Below, piece after piece: positions 45,839-56,289 of a stretch of DNA of 64,000 nt. The DNA lies in IMG/VR virus record IMGVR_UViG_3300024239_000355, positions 52,378 to 116,377 of that record; one strand, 5' to 3'. The number at the start of each line of letters is the position of its first letter. Position 1 is the first letter of the stretch. A program made the position numbers and the translations under genes. The notes beneath the pieces were generated by a model. That model had not been told where the DNA came from. It ran no database searches and saw only the letters and a program-made list of their open reading frames with translations. The DNA is from a virus.

Positions 45839-47755
45839 TTAATCCGTTTTCCATTTGCGAACAAAAATATACAGACGTGCATCGTTCCCTGCACTCATCG
45901 TGTACTGCATCTGAAGCTTGGAAGTCGCAGAATCCTTGACAAAAGAGAACACCACTCCGATGTTTGCCATTTCTTGGTAATCATCATCGGTTGCGATGGT
46001 CGTATCTGTCGCAATACACCGTAACATCCCAACGCGCAAAAACGAATCACGTTTCAAACTGTATTCGACAATCAACGTATTTGTTTCGTTGAGATCGAAA
46101 AATGCCTCTTCTCCATTTGCGAAGGAAATTTGCTGTGGTTGGGCGGTTGGGGTGAGGACAATGGCATCTACGTTCATGGGGTCCATCATGATCCCACCCA
46201 TGCTAATACCATCAGAATATTGCGCCCATGTATTGGTAATAACGGTATTTTTTCCGTTTTCATTACCAATACGATACAACACACCATCTTTATTGACACA
46301 TGGTATCACATCGTAGTGGATATCCTGACGACCAAACGAATCACCAATGGCGAAGTTATCAGTCGCTCCTTCACGATTCGGGGCGGGATCGCTGTAGAAA
46401 AATATCGCTTCGTACTCGAAGTCACATGGGGTCACTGCCCCGCCGGGGATCGTACAGACATTTGTCAACGCAATCCCGGTACGCTCGTAATGGTTCGATA
46501 AGGAACCATTGTTGGTTCCTGGGGTGAAAACTGCAAATCCATATCGGCGAATCATATCGAAATGGGACGTTTCTACATGAACGCCACGCGGACCCCACAG
46601 ATATTCCACCGAACTAGGGTTGGCAACCGGCGACCCAACGTCCCCCAAATCCTCACCGACATTCACGCCATCAAATAGGTCAGTGAACATCGAATTCATC
46701 ACGGTGACTTGCACTACGTCATCTTTGGCGTAAAGACCATAGCCACGTTTTGAGAAACGACAGTCGGAGAACGTAATTTTCTTGGTCTTCATGGCGTGAT
46801 CAACGTCCGATCCGGACGGACCCGATACGTAGACGGCCCGGGAAAGAGTCGAGGTGGCACCGATTACCGGAGTTTGACTACAATCGTATTCATAACCAAC
46901 AAAATCACAATCAATAAAACTAACGTTTTGGGCATTTGCCACGCGAACTACATCTCCTTGTGTAGTATTCATAAACGTAATTCCCGTTACAAGGATGTCT
47001 TCAACCGGGAACCCAAGTTGTAAAATATCACCACCCGCCCATTGTGCATTAGGAACGGGTGGAAATTCAAAACGATCAAATAGACCAACGTCGTCGGGAT
47101 AATCGGCAAATGTTTGGGAAGCATTTTCACGCTGGAACGTAGCCGTACCAGCTACGTAGTCTTGCCCGGCTACCGCAGGTACTCCCATTTTGATAATGGT
47201 ACGTCCACTCCCATCCCCGATCAAGATAGTCTTGCGAAGAAACGGTAGTGGACGATTAATTACATAAATTCCAGCCGGGACATACAGCGCCCGCCATGGT
47301 CCTACTGAACCATCATACAAACTGAATGGCTCACGCAGGAACATTTCGTACATTGCTCTGCGCAAATTTAGGGTTTCTTCATCAACCGCCAACGGATTTT
47401 CGTTGCCATCGCCGCGCACCCCAAATGCTTTTACTGAAACACGTTCATCAAGGCGTTCTTGAAGACGACGAAGAGCTTGCCACCCAGCGTTCACACGCGG
47501 TACCAAAGAACCCGTTAACGGGTCTTTTTCCCGCCATAGGTACTGATATCGCATCAAATCAAGATGAGGACTGAATTCAGTGAAAACTTCGGTATTGCCT
47601 TCTTGAGTGGCACCCTCCGCAATTTCACCGTTGCCAATGAACAAGCGGCGTTTGTCCAACGCCCACGCAATCTCGCCAGAAGCCAGATTCAGTCCTTTAA
47701 AATCACGGAAAAGACCTCTCCGGTGCTGAATTCGTGAAATGGTCGTGATTGCCAT
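45839..47755 (-). CDS. Probable virion tail/baseplate protein: Mtd-N-like N terminus and pectate-lyase-like beta-helix
   Basis: RIQHRRG...LASGEIAWALD.RRLFIGNG; VSVKAFGVRGDG...LYVPAGIY; CTAAATA promoter upstream at ~47788. Confidence 0.65.
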   Translation of the reverse strand: MAITTISRIQHRRGLFRDFKGLNLASGEIAWALDKRRLFIGNGEIAEGATQEGNTEVFTEFSPHLDLMRYQYLWREKDPLTGSLVPRVNAGWQALRRLQERLDERVSVKAFGVRGDGNENPLAVDEETLNLRRAMYEMFLREPFSLYDGSVGPWRALYVPAGIYVINRPLPFLRKTILIGDGSGRTIIKMGVPAVAGQDYVAGTATFQRENASQTFADYPDDVGLFDRFEFPPVPNAQWAGGDILQLGFPVEDILVTGITFMNTTQGDVVRVANAQNVSFIDCDFVGYEYDCSQTPVIGATSTLSRAVYVSGPSGSDVDHAMKTKKITFSDCRFSKRGYGLYAKDDVVQVTVMNSMFTDLFDGVNVGEDLGDVGSPVANPSSVEYLWGPRGVHVETSHFDMIRRYGFAVFTPGTNNGSLSNHYERTGIALTNVCTIPGGAVTPCDFEYEAIFFYSDPAPNREGATDNFAIGDSFGRQDIHYDVIPCVNKDGVLYRIGNENGKNTVITNTWAQYSDGISMGGIMMDPMNVDAIVLTPTAQPQQISFANGEEAFFDLNETNTLIVEYSLKRDSFLRVGMLRCIATDTTIATDDDYQEMANIGVVFSFVKDSATSKLQMQYTMSAGNDARLYIFVRKWKTD

Positions 47756-47801
47756 GGTGCCGCCCTCAACTCGCTAAGACTTCAATGTATTTAGCGATTT
47801 A

Positions 47802-48629
47802 TCAGGCAGCTTTGTCACTATGGAACGTACCAAAGCGATGCAACCACTTATCCATATACTTATTGAAAGTTCGACCGGTAACCATAAATTCTTTAAATTT
47901 TAAATCGCGGTCAACCATCAATATTACAACAGTGCTAATATCTGTCCCAAATAGCTCATTATGAGCTAAGGAGTAGGCGCTTCCCTGTAGGAAGTAGTCT
48001 TCGATATCTTCCTCTTTCTTGATTTTCTTAGCCGATTTATAGTCGATGATAGCGGGTTTACCACGGTATACCCCGATCAAGTCGGCAGTACCGGCATATA
48101 ACGAAGGGAAATACAGCCCTTCTTCCATGCCCCATACCTCGTTGAGGTGTTTAAGCCCGCATTCAATGATCACATCCGACATATCACGAGCCATTTTACG
48201 AATGACATTACTACCAGTCGGGCGTTCAATACTCATGATAAAATTTTCAAGGTGGGTATGCATTAAGCTCCCCAACCGGGTCGCCTCAGTACGAATTCGT
48301 TCTGCTTCAACTTCACCAACACGCTTCTTCCACATTTCGAGGAAGGTTTTGTCGCCCGTGGCGCTAAGAATGGTGGTTACCGATGTGAGGTTGCCGGTAG
48401 GTGTCGCATAGTATCGCTTACCAGAAACGCTGTCAGTCACGCGCTGCATATAGTCAGTGGCGATCTCACCGGTCGGATAAAGCCATGCATGCTTACCGTC
48501 TTGATGTGTCTTGGTAACTTTAGTGCCATCACGATCTGCAAAGTAAATTGCGCCAGTTTCTTCGTCTTGTTTTTCTTCGATTACCGAGCAGTATTGGAAT
48601 TGTTTATTATAAGGGGGTGGGGTAAACAT
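47802..48629 (-). CDS. PD-(D/E)xK exonuclease (Cas4/lambda-exonuclease-like, T4-type)
   Basis: SVTTILS, WKKRVGE, GSLMH, YAGTADL, IIDYKS, YFLQ..AY motifs. Confidence 0.85.
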   Translation of the reverse strand: MFTPPPYNKQFQYCSVIEEKQDEETGAIYFADRDGTKVTKTHQDGKHAWLYPTGEIATDYMQRVTDSVSGKRYYATPTGNLTSVTTILSATGDKTFLEMWKKRVGEVEAERIRTEATRLGSLMHTHLENFIMSIERPTGSNVIRKMARDMSDVIIECGLKHLNEVWGMEEGLYFPSLYAGTADLIGVYRGKPAIIDYKSAKKIKKEEDIEDYFLQGSAYSLAHNELFGTDISTVVILMVDRDLKFKEFMVTGRTFNKYMDKWLHRFGTFHSDKAA

Positions 48630-48709
48630 GTTCACCTTTTGTTCCAAATGAAGTGAGGGGAAAACCCACACGCAACGGATTTTCACCCTCACCGGATGCC
48701 TAAGTCAAT

Positions 48710-49012
48710 TTATTCTGCTGCCGCTGCCGGTTCGTAATGCACCACTTGTTCGGCAATATTGATGATACGGTCAATGTTGTCTTTCAACTCGGAAAGACCC
48801 GGATCGCGTTTTTGGGGACGGAGGACGCTCGTTAAAGAATTCGGATCAATAACACGACTGGTTGAAATCATATAAAACATATCATCCAACATCATACGTG
48901 CATCATGATGCAATTCCTTGTTTATGATAGTCGAGAACAGACCATTTTTCATAGCCGACTTGCCAATTTGGCGCTGGTAGTCGTACAACCGGAATACCTT
49001 ATCTGCAAACAT
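48710..49012 (-). CDS. Hypothetical protein
   Basis: ORF with RBS AAGGAG. Confidence 0.55.
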   Translation of the reverse strand: MFADKVFRLYDYQRQIGKSAMKNGLFSTIINKELHHDARMMLDDMFYMISTSRVIDPNSLTSVLRPQKRDPGLSELKDNIDRIINIAEQVVHYEPAAAAE

Positions 49013-49029
49013 TTCGTTCTCCTTGAGGT

Positions 49030-49332
49030 CTACAATTGTTCTCTTAGGCGACCGATCTCATCGAGAAGATCGCGCCTAATTTCGCGCAATCCTTTCGTCC
49101 CCACCTCCTTTCCAAAACGTTTAAGAATTTCGTAGGACTCGGCTGAAATCCGATATTCGGTTTGAGCCAACACTAATTGCTCCGTGATGGTATCTATCAC
49201 AGAGTAATAAGCACGTATTGCCGCAAAAACCTTACGTTGTGCGTCGGTCTGTGGGGCATAACTTTCAATAAAAACCTCTATTTCAGGTTTTTCTTTTTGG
49301 AGGTCTTTTAAGAAGTCAAAACTGGACATCAC
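49030..49332 (-). CDS. Hypothetical protein
   Basis: ORF with RBS GGAGG. Confidence 0.55.
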   Translation of the reverse strand: MMSSFDFLKDLQKEKPEIEVFIESYAPQTDAQRKVFAAIRAYYSVIDTITEQLVLAQTEYRISAESYEILKRFGKEVGTKGLREIRRDLLDEIGRLREQL

Positions 49333-49352
49333 AAACCCCCTCCGGGGTAGGG

Positions 49353-49730
49353 TTACAGCAGCCCGGCGAGGTGCCGCATACGATGGATACTCTCGTTCAT
49401 ACCATTTTGACCCGGCTTTGTGGGTTTGGTGGGCTTGTTTGGCGTATTCCCCACCGTATCACCCTCATCATCACCATCGGATGCAACAATATTATCCACA
49501 TCAACCGTTTCGGTATGCCCGGTATCATCGCGTACAACTGCTTTATTACCAGTTTTTGCAACAAATTCTTTCGCCACACCTGCTTCATCAGTATCCACTA
49601 CCGTGTCACCACGTTTGAGTTGGGCTACTTTCATAGCAGCAGCGGCATTCTTTACTACGGATTGTACGGCATTTTCAGCAAGAACTTCCGAGAAATAACT
49701 TGTGAGTGGTTTAATTTGCTTACCGTACAT
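49353..49730 (-). CDS. Hypothetical late/virion-type protein
   Basis: ATAAATA upstream; C-terminal NESIHRMRHLAGL. Confidence 0.6.
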   Translation of the reverse strand: MYGKQIKPLTSYFSEVLAENAVQSVVKNAAAAMKVAQLKRGDTVVDTDEAGVAKEFVAKTGNKAVVRDDTGHTETVDVDNIVASDGDDEGDTVGNTPNKPTKPTKPGQNGMNESIHRMRHLAGLL

Positions 49731-49776
49731 AGTATCACCCTTAAAATGTGGTATCAGTATTTATCTATCTTTTGAT

Positions 49777-49977
49777 TTATTGTCCAAAACCACGTTTGAA
49801 AATACGTTTAGATGTCTTTATGGGGTTAAACCCTTCATCCATCTCTAATCGCTGCTTACGATCACTTTCGATAGTCGCATCTCCCATGTCATACACACAT
49901 CGAAACAATTTCTTGAAAAATGGACGAACGTATTCTGGTTTTTCGGGTTCGGGTTCTGGTGGAATGTCACAGGTCAT
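49777..49977 (-). CDS. Hypothetical protein
   Basis: ORF in operon context. Confidence 0.45.
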   Translation of the reverse strand: MTCDIPPEPEPEKPEYVRPFFKKLFRCVYDMGDATIESDRKQRLEMDEGFNPIKTSKRIFKRGFGQ

Positions 49978-49981
49978 TTGG

Positions 49982-50824
49982 TCACCATGTAATGAGGACT
50001 TTATAAGCTGGTCCTGTTGATTTATAGACTATTTCATTGGTATTTACTTCATACCCGCGATCCCGCATAGCGGCTTTAAATTCCGCCATGGTGTTTGGCG
50101 AACCACGCGGTACATCCATATCAATGAATGCGTACCGTTGTCCAACCGCTTTCATCCGTTCAATCTCTGCATCCGCAATCTGCGCATACAGGACACCAGG
50201 GATATCGGTTACAATGGTGCTAGAAGGCGCTGCTGACGCCGTGGAAGCCCCACAGGTATTCATGGCTATCGCATTGCTCATAGACCCGTACACAGCTTCC
50301 ACCGAGTTTGCAGGCAGTGTGGCTGTCATGGTTGGGAACATCGGCAAATCAGCCTGCGTAACGCCCTGTTGACCAACATGCATCACCTGGGTCACACCCG
50401 GCGCATGCGTCACCATGGCGGTGTCCACTTTACCTTTGACAAACTCGCTCAGCACCGGCTTCTGTTCGGTGAGCATCTGGTGCTTCACACCCGCTTTTGG
50501 GGCGTTCTTAAGCCACGGCTGGGTATGATACTCATTGCGCCCTTTAGCAGCCGTAATCTCCCCTACCATGTCCTGATAGAATTGCGCTTGTGCTTTCTCT
50601 TGGGCACGTCGAACCGCCGCCATAGGGTCCGCAAGGTCTTCCAATTCGCGATCAGAGAGTTCGCGACCGGTGTTTCCGTCGATGTTAATTACTTTATGCC
50701 CGGCAACCATTTTGCCTTGGGTCGGGTCGAAAATGGGATTTTCCCAGTCATCAACAACTTTTTTAGTCGGCTGAATGCCTGCCGGTTTACCCCGGTCACT
50801 CAACCGGCGTGCCTGATGGGTCAT
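49982..50824 (-). CDS. Hypothetical protein
   Basis: ORF; C-terminal domain resembles the adjacent 110-aa ORF (..GY.V......T..Y...I.W). Confidence 0.55.
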   Translation of the reverse strand: MTHQARRLSDRGKPAGIQPTKKVVDDWENPIFDPTQGKMVAGHKVINIDGNTGRELSDRELEDLADPMAAVRRAQEKAQAQFYQDMVGEITAAKGRNEYHTQPWLKNAPKAGVKHQMLTEQKPVLSEFVKGKVDTAMVTHAPGVTQVMHVGQQGVTQADLPMFPTMTATLPANSVEAVYGSMSNAIAMNTCGASTASAAPSSTIVTDIPGVLYAQIADAEIERMKAVGQRYAFIDMDVPRGSPNTMAEFKAAMRDRGYEVNTNEIVYKSTGPAYKVLITW

Positions 50825-50829
50825 TTACC

Positions 50830-51162
50830 TCACCACTGAATATGCCAGTAAAAAGTCTGTGGATTGCTCGGGCTTTGTTTACGAACAATAGAGTATCCGA
50901 GGTCACGAAAATACTTCTCCACATCATTCATGTGCATTTCAAGAGCGCGATCTTCCATTTGTTCGCGCCAGACCTTCCAATAACGAACAGGAAGACAATC
51001 CCCCTGTCCGCCCATGGTCATCGGGGAATTGCTTACGAAACATTCAAGTTTACCATCATCAATGGCATACATGACTTCAATTTCGACATGCCGGATTTCA
51101 GCCAGGATCGGAAGAATGGTCTTCGGAGCCAGGGTACGAGCCTGGGATGCTGATGGGAACAT
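50830..51162 (-). CDS. Conserved hypothetical protein
   Basis: ORF; YFRDLGYSIVRK....TFYWHIQW. Confidence 0.6.
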   Translation of the reverse strand: MFPSASQARTLAPKTILPILAEIRHVEIEVMYAIDDGKLECFVSNSPMTMGGQGDCLPVRYWKVWREQMEDRALEMHMNDVEKYFRDLGYSIVRKQSPSNPQTFYWHIQW

Positions 51163-51163
51163 T

Positions 51164-51592
51164 TTACTTGTCCTTTACGCTCTGCTTAGCCTGCTGAGTT
51201 GCTTTGGACGATACCTTTTCTTTTGTCTGGTCTTGCTTTTCCTCACCAGCCTTAGCTTTATCATCCATACCTTCCTCTTCGGCGTCGTCTTCGTCATCCC
51301 CATCATCACCAGCGAAATCATCGCTATTCGGGGTGAAGCTGTCATCAATAACAATGAAGTCTTTGTCCTCATCAAAGTCACTAATCAATCCAGCTTCCTT
51401 CTGCCGATCAAGAAATTCCTTCAACCAGTCTTCATCAATATCGAAACCTTGTTCCTGGGCGCTCCGTAGGAATTCAGTAAAACCAATTTTTTCAGTTCCG
51501 GGTCTAGCCTTGAACGTATCAATCAGTGTTACCAAATCCCATTCCGGATCGTTGTCAAGGAAGTTCTCGTTGAGGATTTCCGCGATGCGCAT
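51164..51592 (-). CDS. Acidic hypothetical late protein
   Basis: ORF coupled to the upstream gene. Confidence 0.6.
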   Translation of the reverse strand: MRIAEILNENFLDNDPEWDLVTLIDTFKARPGTEKIGFTEFLRSAQEQGFDIDEDWLKEFLDRQKEAGLISDFDEDKDFIVIDDSFTPNSDDFAGDDGDDEDDAEEEGMDDKAKAGEEKQDQTKEKVSSKATQQAKQSVKDK

Positions 51593-53568
51593 TACTTGCC
51601 CGCCTTCTTGACCTTCTTCGCTTCCTTAATGGTAGCCTTGTTGCCGATGAAAGCAGCCATGTCCTGTTCAAACTGCTTCTTGATACCCTGATAGGTTTCA
51701 TCAAGCTGTGCCAATTTGTCGTCGGCGAAGTCATCCAAACGACCATGCGCATCTGCATGTTCCTTGACGACGTTATGAACTTTCTTAAGAATAGTCAGCA
51801 CGGAAGTCTTTGCTTCACCAGACACTTTCTGGATATTCTCGACCAGGGCATCGAAATTCTTCAGACCGTTGTTTTCGTACCACTTACCAAAACCGTCAGC
51901 GGCAACCACATCATGCATGCGGCTGATCACCCACACTGCCTGCTCTTTGTCGTTCAAATCAAGGGATTGACCTTCGGTAAGAGTGCGTTGCATATCAAGG
52001 ACACGACCGACAAAAGCGGTGTAGCTTTCGAATACGGGGTTGCGCTTGTTCTCAACCATCTTAGCGATCCAACCGGCAACCACCTTCGGCTTTTCTGCGG
52101 TCTGCTCAGCAACCTTGGCAACGAACGCATTGTAGCGTTCCTTGTCAGCAAAGTTCTTCTTCGACTCTTCGAAATATTCCAACATTGTCGAACGGAAATC
52201 AGCTTCAGTCAGCCCCGCTGCCTGAATGGCTTCTGATAGTTGGAACGGCATCTTCAGACCGTTTAAGGCAACAACACGCAGAAGACGTTCCTTATTCTCG
52301 ATAATATACTTATCGAGAGTTTCTTCCATCTTACCAACGCTGATCAGTACATCATCCTTCACGGTTTCGCGAAGCTTCGTGTAGCTGGCAAGAACAGCCT
52401 TCCGAGCTTCGGTCAGGTTGTTCTTGCGGCGCTTCACACGGTATTCGAGGTCTTCACACACGGTGACAACCTCCGGAGGAAGGGTCAGATCAACCGCTTC
52501 ACCGAACTTTTTTTTTACGTCGAGCGGAGCCTTTTTCGGCAGAACACTTTCCTTTTTGGCACGCCCAACCGGCTCGGATTCTGGACCAGATGCCGCATCT
52601 GCACCACTGAACTCATCACCCAAGTCTTCCAATCCTTCGGTCGAGTCACCAGTGTCACCCAGGTCCAAATCATCACCTTCACCACCAGTGTCACCAGTGT
52701 CACCCAGGTCCAAATCATCACCTTCACCACCAGTATCAGCATCACCAGTGTCACCAAGGTTCAGATCATCACCACCCATATCGCCCATGTCAGCAGCCAT
52801 ATCGTTACCTAGCTCATCAACACCTTGACCATTCAAAGTCAAAATTTGATTATCAATACCTTCCTTAGCAGCCGATAGCGCATCAATCGCAGTCTGAAGT
52901 TTTTCTTTTACCCCGCCATCAAAACTCTTTGCCATATTGGGGTCGAACACACTAGTGATACGATCTTTCAGGTCCATCAAATCCTGAACCTGCATTTCTG
53001 CTAATTTAGCAAGCATTTTCTGAATTTGTTGAGTAAGATCACGAGCGGCGAGAATAACTTCTGCTTGCTCAAGGTCATTTTCCAACAGTACACTCAACTT
53101 AGTGACGGTGCTTTCCGTGACCTTCTTCACTGGAATCTTAGAAGACGCCAATTTATTTGCACGCTCTTGAAGAGCTTTTAACTTCTTCTCAAGCAAAGCC
53201 TTCTTTTCGAGCAATGCCTTATTATTCTTCACGGGCTTCATATGGGACTCCTCAACTGGCATCTTTGTGGTGGCGATAGCTACTGATTCGCGAACATCTT
53301 GACGACGACGCGGCTTACGTTTTGGCGCAATTTCACGCAAGAAAATACGAATAGCTTCCATAATAAGAATATTTTGCGTGTACGTTGGATCACGATGATA
53401 GTTATTAAACTGTGCTTCATTAATAATGCGATTTTTCTCAGCAACAGCAGCGGAGTATGCCTCACGCAGATCACGCTCGGATGACCGGTCGAAATCAATC
53501 TCAACACCATGTAACATCTTCAGCGTATGTGTAATTTGCTTGAGTTTACGATTAGACATACTCGCCAT
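51592..53568 (-). CDS. Large coiled-coil/acidic virion-morphogenesis-type protein
   Basis: LE.DLEQAEVILAA...; acidic repeats; TAAATA upstream at ~53598-53603. Confidence 0.6.
   Translation of the reverse strand: MASMSNRKLKQITHTLKMLHGVEIDFDRSSERDLREAYSAAVAEKNRIINEAQFNNYHRDPTYTQNILIMEAIRIFLREIAPKRKPRRRQDVRESVAIATTKMPVEESHMKPVKNNKALLEKKALLEKKLKALQERANKLASSKIPVKKVTESTVTKLSVLLENDLEQAEVILAARDLTQQIQKMLAKLAEMQVQDLMDLKDRITSVFDPNMAKSFDGGVKEKLQTAIDALSAAKEGIDNQILTLNGQGVDELGNDMAADMGDMGGDDLNLGDTGDADTGGEGDDLDLGDTGDTGGEGDDLDLGDTGDSTEGLEDLGDEFSGADAASGPESEPVGRAKKESVLPKKAPLDVKKKFGEAVDLTLPPEVVTVCEDLEYRVKRRKNNLTEARKAVLASYTKLRETVKDDVLISVGKMEETLDKYIIENKERLLRVVALNGLKMPFQLSEAIQAAGLTEADFRSTMLEYFEESKKNFADKERYNAFVAKVAEQTAEKPKVVAGWIAKMVENKRNPVFESYTAFVGRVLDMQRTLTEGQSLDLNDKEQAVWVISRMHDVVAADGFGKWYENNGLKNFDALVENIQKVSGEAKTSVLTILKKVHNVVKEHADAHGRLDDFADDKLAQLDETYQGIKKQFEQDMAAFIGNKATIKEAKKVKKAGK
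52646..52775 (-). repeat. In-frame 45-bp tandem repeat (GDDLDLGDTGDTGGE)
   Basis: TCACCAGTGTCACCCAGGTCCAAATCATCACCTTCACCACCAGT at 52646 and 52691, plus a third degenerate copy. Confidence 0.9.
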
Positions 53569-53607
53569 CCTAATAACTATGTGTAGCGCACTGAACCTAT
53601 TTATACT

Positions 53608-54345
53608 TTATCCACGCGCATGCAACTTCTTCAAAGCGTTGCGTGCAGCCACCGCTTCATCCTTGGCCCGATCATAACGTGCCTCGAACACATTAGCGGC
53701 ATGCCCATCACCTTTCTGACGATGTTTTAGTGCATGACGCCGGAAATTGGCGGCATCTGCCCATTGCGTGGCGAACTTATCTTCAAGACGAAGAACTTCA
53801 CGAACTTCCTGGCTGGTAATAGTTTTACCTTTGTTAAAATGACGAACCAGTAGGTCGGCAGCTTCAAAAAGCATCAAGTCTTCAGCAAGCACCGTGTTGG
53901 AACCAGCCTGGACGACACTGTAATACTTAATCTGTTTGGCAGACTGGCTTTCCGATAGACGGACACGAATTTCCCATGCGCCGACACGAACACCATTGTC
54001 CACTTCTTCCGTCATAATAGCGCGACGAACTTCCGGATTCGTGCGGCTCTCTTCCACCAACATTTCCGCAGTACCATCAGCAACCTGATGAAACCGTTCC
54101 AGAATGGACGCCATCTGACGCACATCTTCCTGCGAACAGAAAGTCGAACCCATCACCGGATCATAGCTTTCAGTAATTGGCTGCTGGCGGGGAGCCTGCT
54201 GTTGACCGTAATTTGCGTAATTACCCTGAACGTGCGCTGGAAGGTTTGCACTACCACCATTCATAATGTTCATGAGACGGCTCATTTCAAGTTTGTCCTT
54301 CTCAGTCGGGACAGCGGGTACGGGAAGATAGTAGTCGTGTGTCAT
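53608..54345 (-). CDS. Conserved hypothetical late protein
   Basis: RBS AAGGAG; TATAAATA motifs upstream (~54377, ~54408). Confidence 0.6.
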   Translation of the reverse strand: MTHDYYLPVPAVPTEKDKLEMSRLMNIMNGGSANLPAHVQGNYANYGQQQAPRQQPITESYDPVMGSTFCSQEDVRQMASILERFHQVADGTAEMLVEESRTNPEVRRAIMTEEVDNGVRVGAWEIRVRLSESQSAKQIKYYSVVQAGSNTVLAEDLMLFEAADLLVRHFNKGKTITSQEVREVLRLEDKFATQWADAANFRRHALKHRQKGDGHAANVFEARYDRAKDEAVAARNALKKLHARG

Positions 54346-54473
54346 GTGTGTCTCCTTGGTTCTAACCGTGTCGGTATTTATACTCGGCTTCGTTGCCAAT
54401 GCTGAATATTTATAGAGGACAAATAAAAAAGTCGGACACTTTCGTATCCGACCTTTTTACCATGCATTGAATA

Positions 54474-54818
54474 CTAATCTCGCCATACGTCATCTAACCC
54501 ATTAAACCGGTAGGCAATCTCATCTTCTTCACGTAAACGCAACAACACGCCGCGCGATGTTAAACGGAAGGCAACTTCGCGTTCACGTTCGCTAAGATTG
54601 CTCTTGCGAATACTGCCTTCCTTCTCAATTTTCTCAATCAACTCATTTTCTTCGTTGTTGACCGATATCACCAAACCACCCCGAACCTCACGAATCTTCA
54701 TTTCCTGAAGACGTTTTTGAGGTACAGGAACCACGGGTGCTTGGGCTGGCTGATTTTCCAGAATCCCAAGCAACTCAATGAAACTACGGATTTGCGACTT
54801 TTCTTCAAACCGAGACAT
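54474..54818 (-). CDS. Conserved hypothetical protein (winged-helix-like C terminus)
   Basis: LSERE.EVA..L..RGVL.R. Confidence 0.55.
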   Translation of the reverse strand: MSRFEEKSQIRSFIELLGILENQPAQAPVVPVPQKRLQEMKIREVRGGLVISVNNEENELIEKIEKEGSIRKSNLSEREREVAFRLTSRGVLLRLREEDEIAYRFNGLDDVWRD

Positions 54819-56002
54819 TAGAACGTCACATCTGCCGGGGGCACAAACGGAGAAGTAGTCGGCGCCGCAGAAGGCATAGCAGTGGCAATTGCATTATCAA
54901 TGTCCAAAAACCGCTTACCAGTTTCCTTGACTTTATTATGGAAATCTTCAGCGCGATCCACAAACATCTTGAATTCGCTGATTTTCATATCCATAACCAA
55001 CCGCGAAATCCGATCAAGTGCCTCAACAGCTTCCTTGTATTCTTCACTAAAATCATCACCACCCATCGCTATTGCACCACCAACAGGTGTCGGAATTGGT
55101 GCGACCGTCGATGGAGCCGGAAGAGCCGGAAGAGCAGGTACCGCGTCTAAATCATCAACCGGTTCCATGTCATCAACTATATCAGCGGCGGGTTCGTCGT
55201 TCATAACAACCGGTGGCGGGTCGAGCGGATCATTCCCCATATCCAACATCGGCTCATCTGATTCATCTTCAGTGATCGGCAGACCCGCTAGTTGGCGCAT
55301 ACGAGATAAGGCAGCTACATTAGTCATGCCTAGCACACCCTCTGTTACTTTCGTCACTTCACGACGGTTAACCATCTGAAGCTTACCATTGACAACAACG
55401 CCGATTGTATTTGCAGGACCATTTGGTACCTGAACCACAGTACGGCGACCTTCGTAAATTACTTTTTCACCCTTGGTGAAAGAAACCGGTCGTTGAATTT
55501 TCATGTCTGCGCCCTCAATGCATTGGGTTTTACCAGAATATTTATTATTCTGGTTCTTTCGGCTTTCCAAAATTCTAGTCAACCGAGCCTCAAGCATTGG
55601 TTCAGCTTTAATAAACATACGCGATCCAACACTACGAAACGCAACGTTGTTCAACTTTAACCATTTCTCTAGACCAGAACGGCGAGAACTTTCCGAAATC
55701 GTCACTACGAAATTAAACCCTTGCTTCTTCAACGATTCAGCAGTCACCGTTGTTTGGTTTTCGCGTTTGTTACTTTCGGCTTTGGATATCAGCGTATCCA
55801 CGGTTTCCTCATCATCATAATCAACAGCCAACTGAAGAGAGAGGTAGTCTTCCGCACCAAGATGCTTGGTCACGTTCTCAGAACGCTCCTTGAACTGATT
55901 GAACTTTGGGTGTTTCTCTTCCATTCCCGGCTTAACAGTAATGCCGTTCTGACGCATCAGCATGGATGCTAACCGAATTTCAAGTGGTTTCTTCTCATCC
56001 AT
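54818..56002 (-). CDS. Hypothetical late/virion-type protein
   Basis: RBS GGAGG; contains RMRQLAGL. Confidence 0.6.
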   Translation of the reverse strand: MDEKKPLEIRLASMLMRQNGITVKPGMEEKHPKFNQFKERSENVTKHLGAEDYLSLQLAVDYDDEETVDTLISKAESNKRENQTTVTAESLKKQGFNFVVTISESSRRSGLEKWLKLNNVAFRSVGSRMFIKAEPMLEARLTRILESRKNQNNKYSGKTQCIEGADMKIQRPVSFTKGEKVIYEGRRTVVQVPNGPANTIGVVVNGKLQMVNRREVTKVTEGVLGMTNVAALSRMRQLAGLPITEDESDEPMLDMGNDPLDPPPVVMNDEPAADIVDDMEPVDDLDAVPALPALPAPSTVAPIPTPVGGAIAMGGDDFSEEYKEAVEALDRISRLVMDMKISEFKMFVDRAEDFHNKVKETGKRFLDIDNAIATAMPSAAPTTSPFVPPADVTF

Positions 56003-56216
56003 TATTTTTTCCTCCACGCTGCGCGGGTAAACTGACTGGGTTTCCGGCGTTCTTCTTGATAACAAACCGGCGTTTGAACGAAGGGCGTTTAGTTTCGTCC
56101 TCTTCCTCTTCGGAAACACGGGTCAATTCACCATCACGGCGCACAAAACGAACTACATTCGTTTCATGAAGTGCAGCGCGACCAACCCAATCTTCGAACA
56201 TTTCAGATAGTAGCAT
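55995..56216 (-). CDS. Hypothetical late protein
   Basis: CTAAATA upstream at ~56244. Confidence 0.5.
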   Translation of the reverse strand: MLLSEMFEDWVGRAALHETNVVRFVRRDGELTRVSEEEEDETKRPSFKRRFVIKKNAGNPVSLPAQRGGKNNG

Positions 56217-56289
56217 GCTAAAACTCACAAACTATTTCAGATATTTAGCATTTGTATCAGACGTTTATATACAACCAGTCTGGATCAAC

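Noticed and set aside
52646-52760. ACCAGTGT matches between the putative TnpB guide and the 45-bp coding repeat
   Set aside because: Only 8 nt match, pairing breaks immediately after, the site is mid-gene low-complexity DNA and no TAM is known; not acceptable as a target without data.
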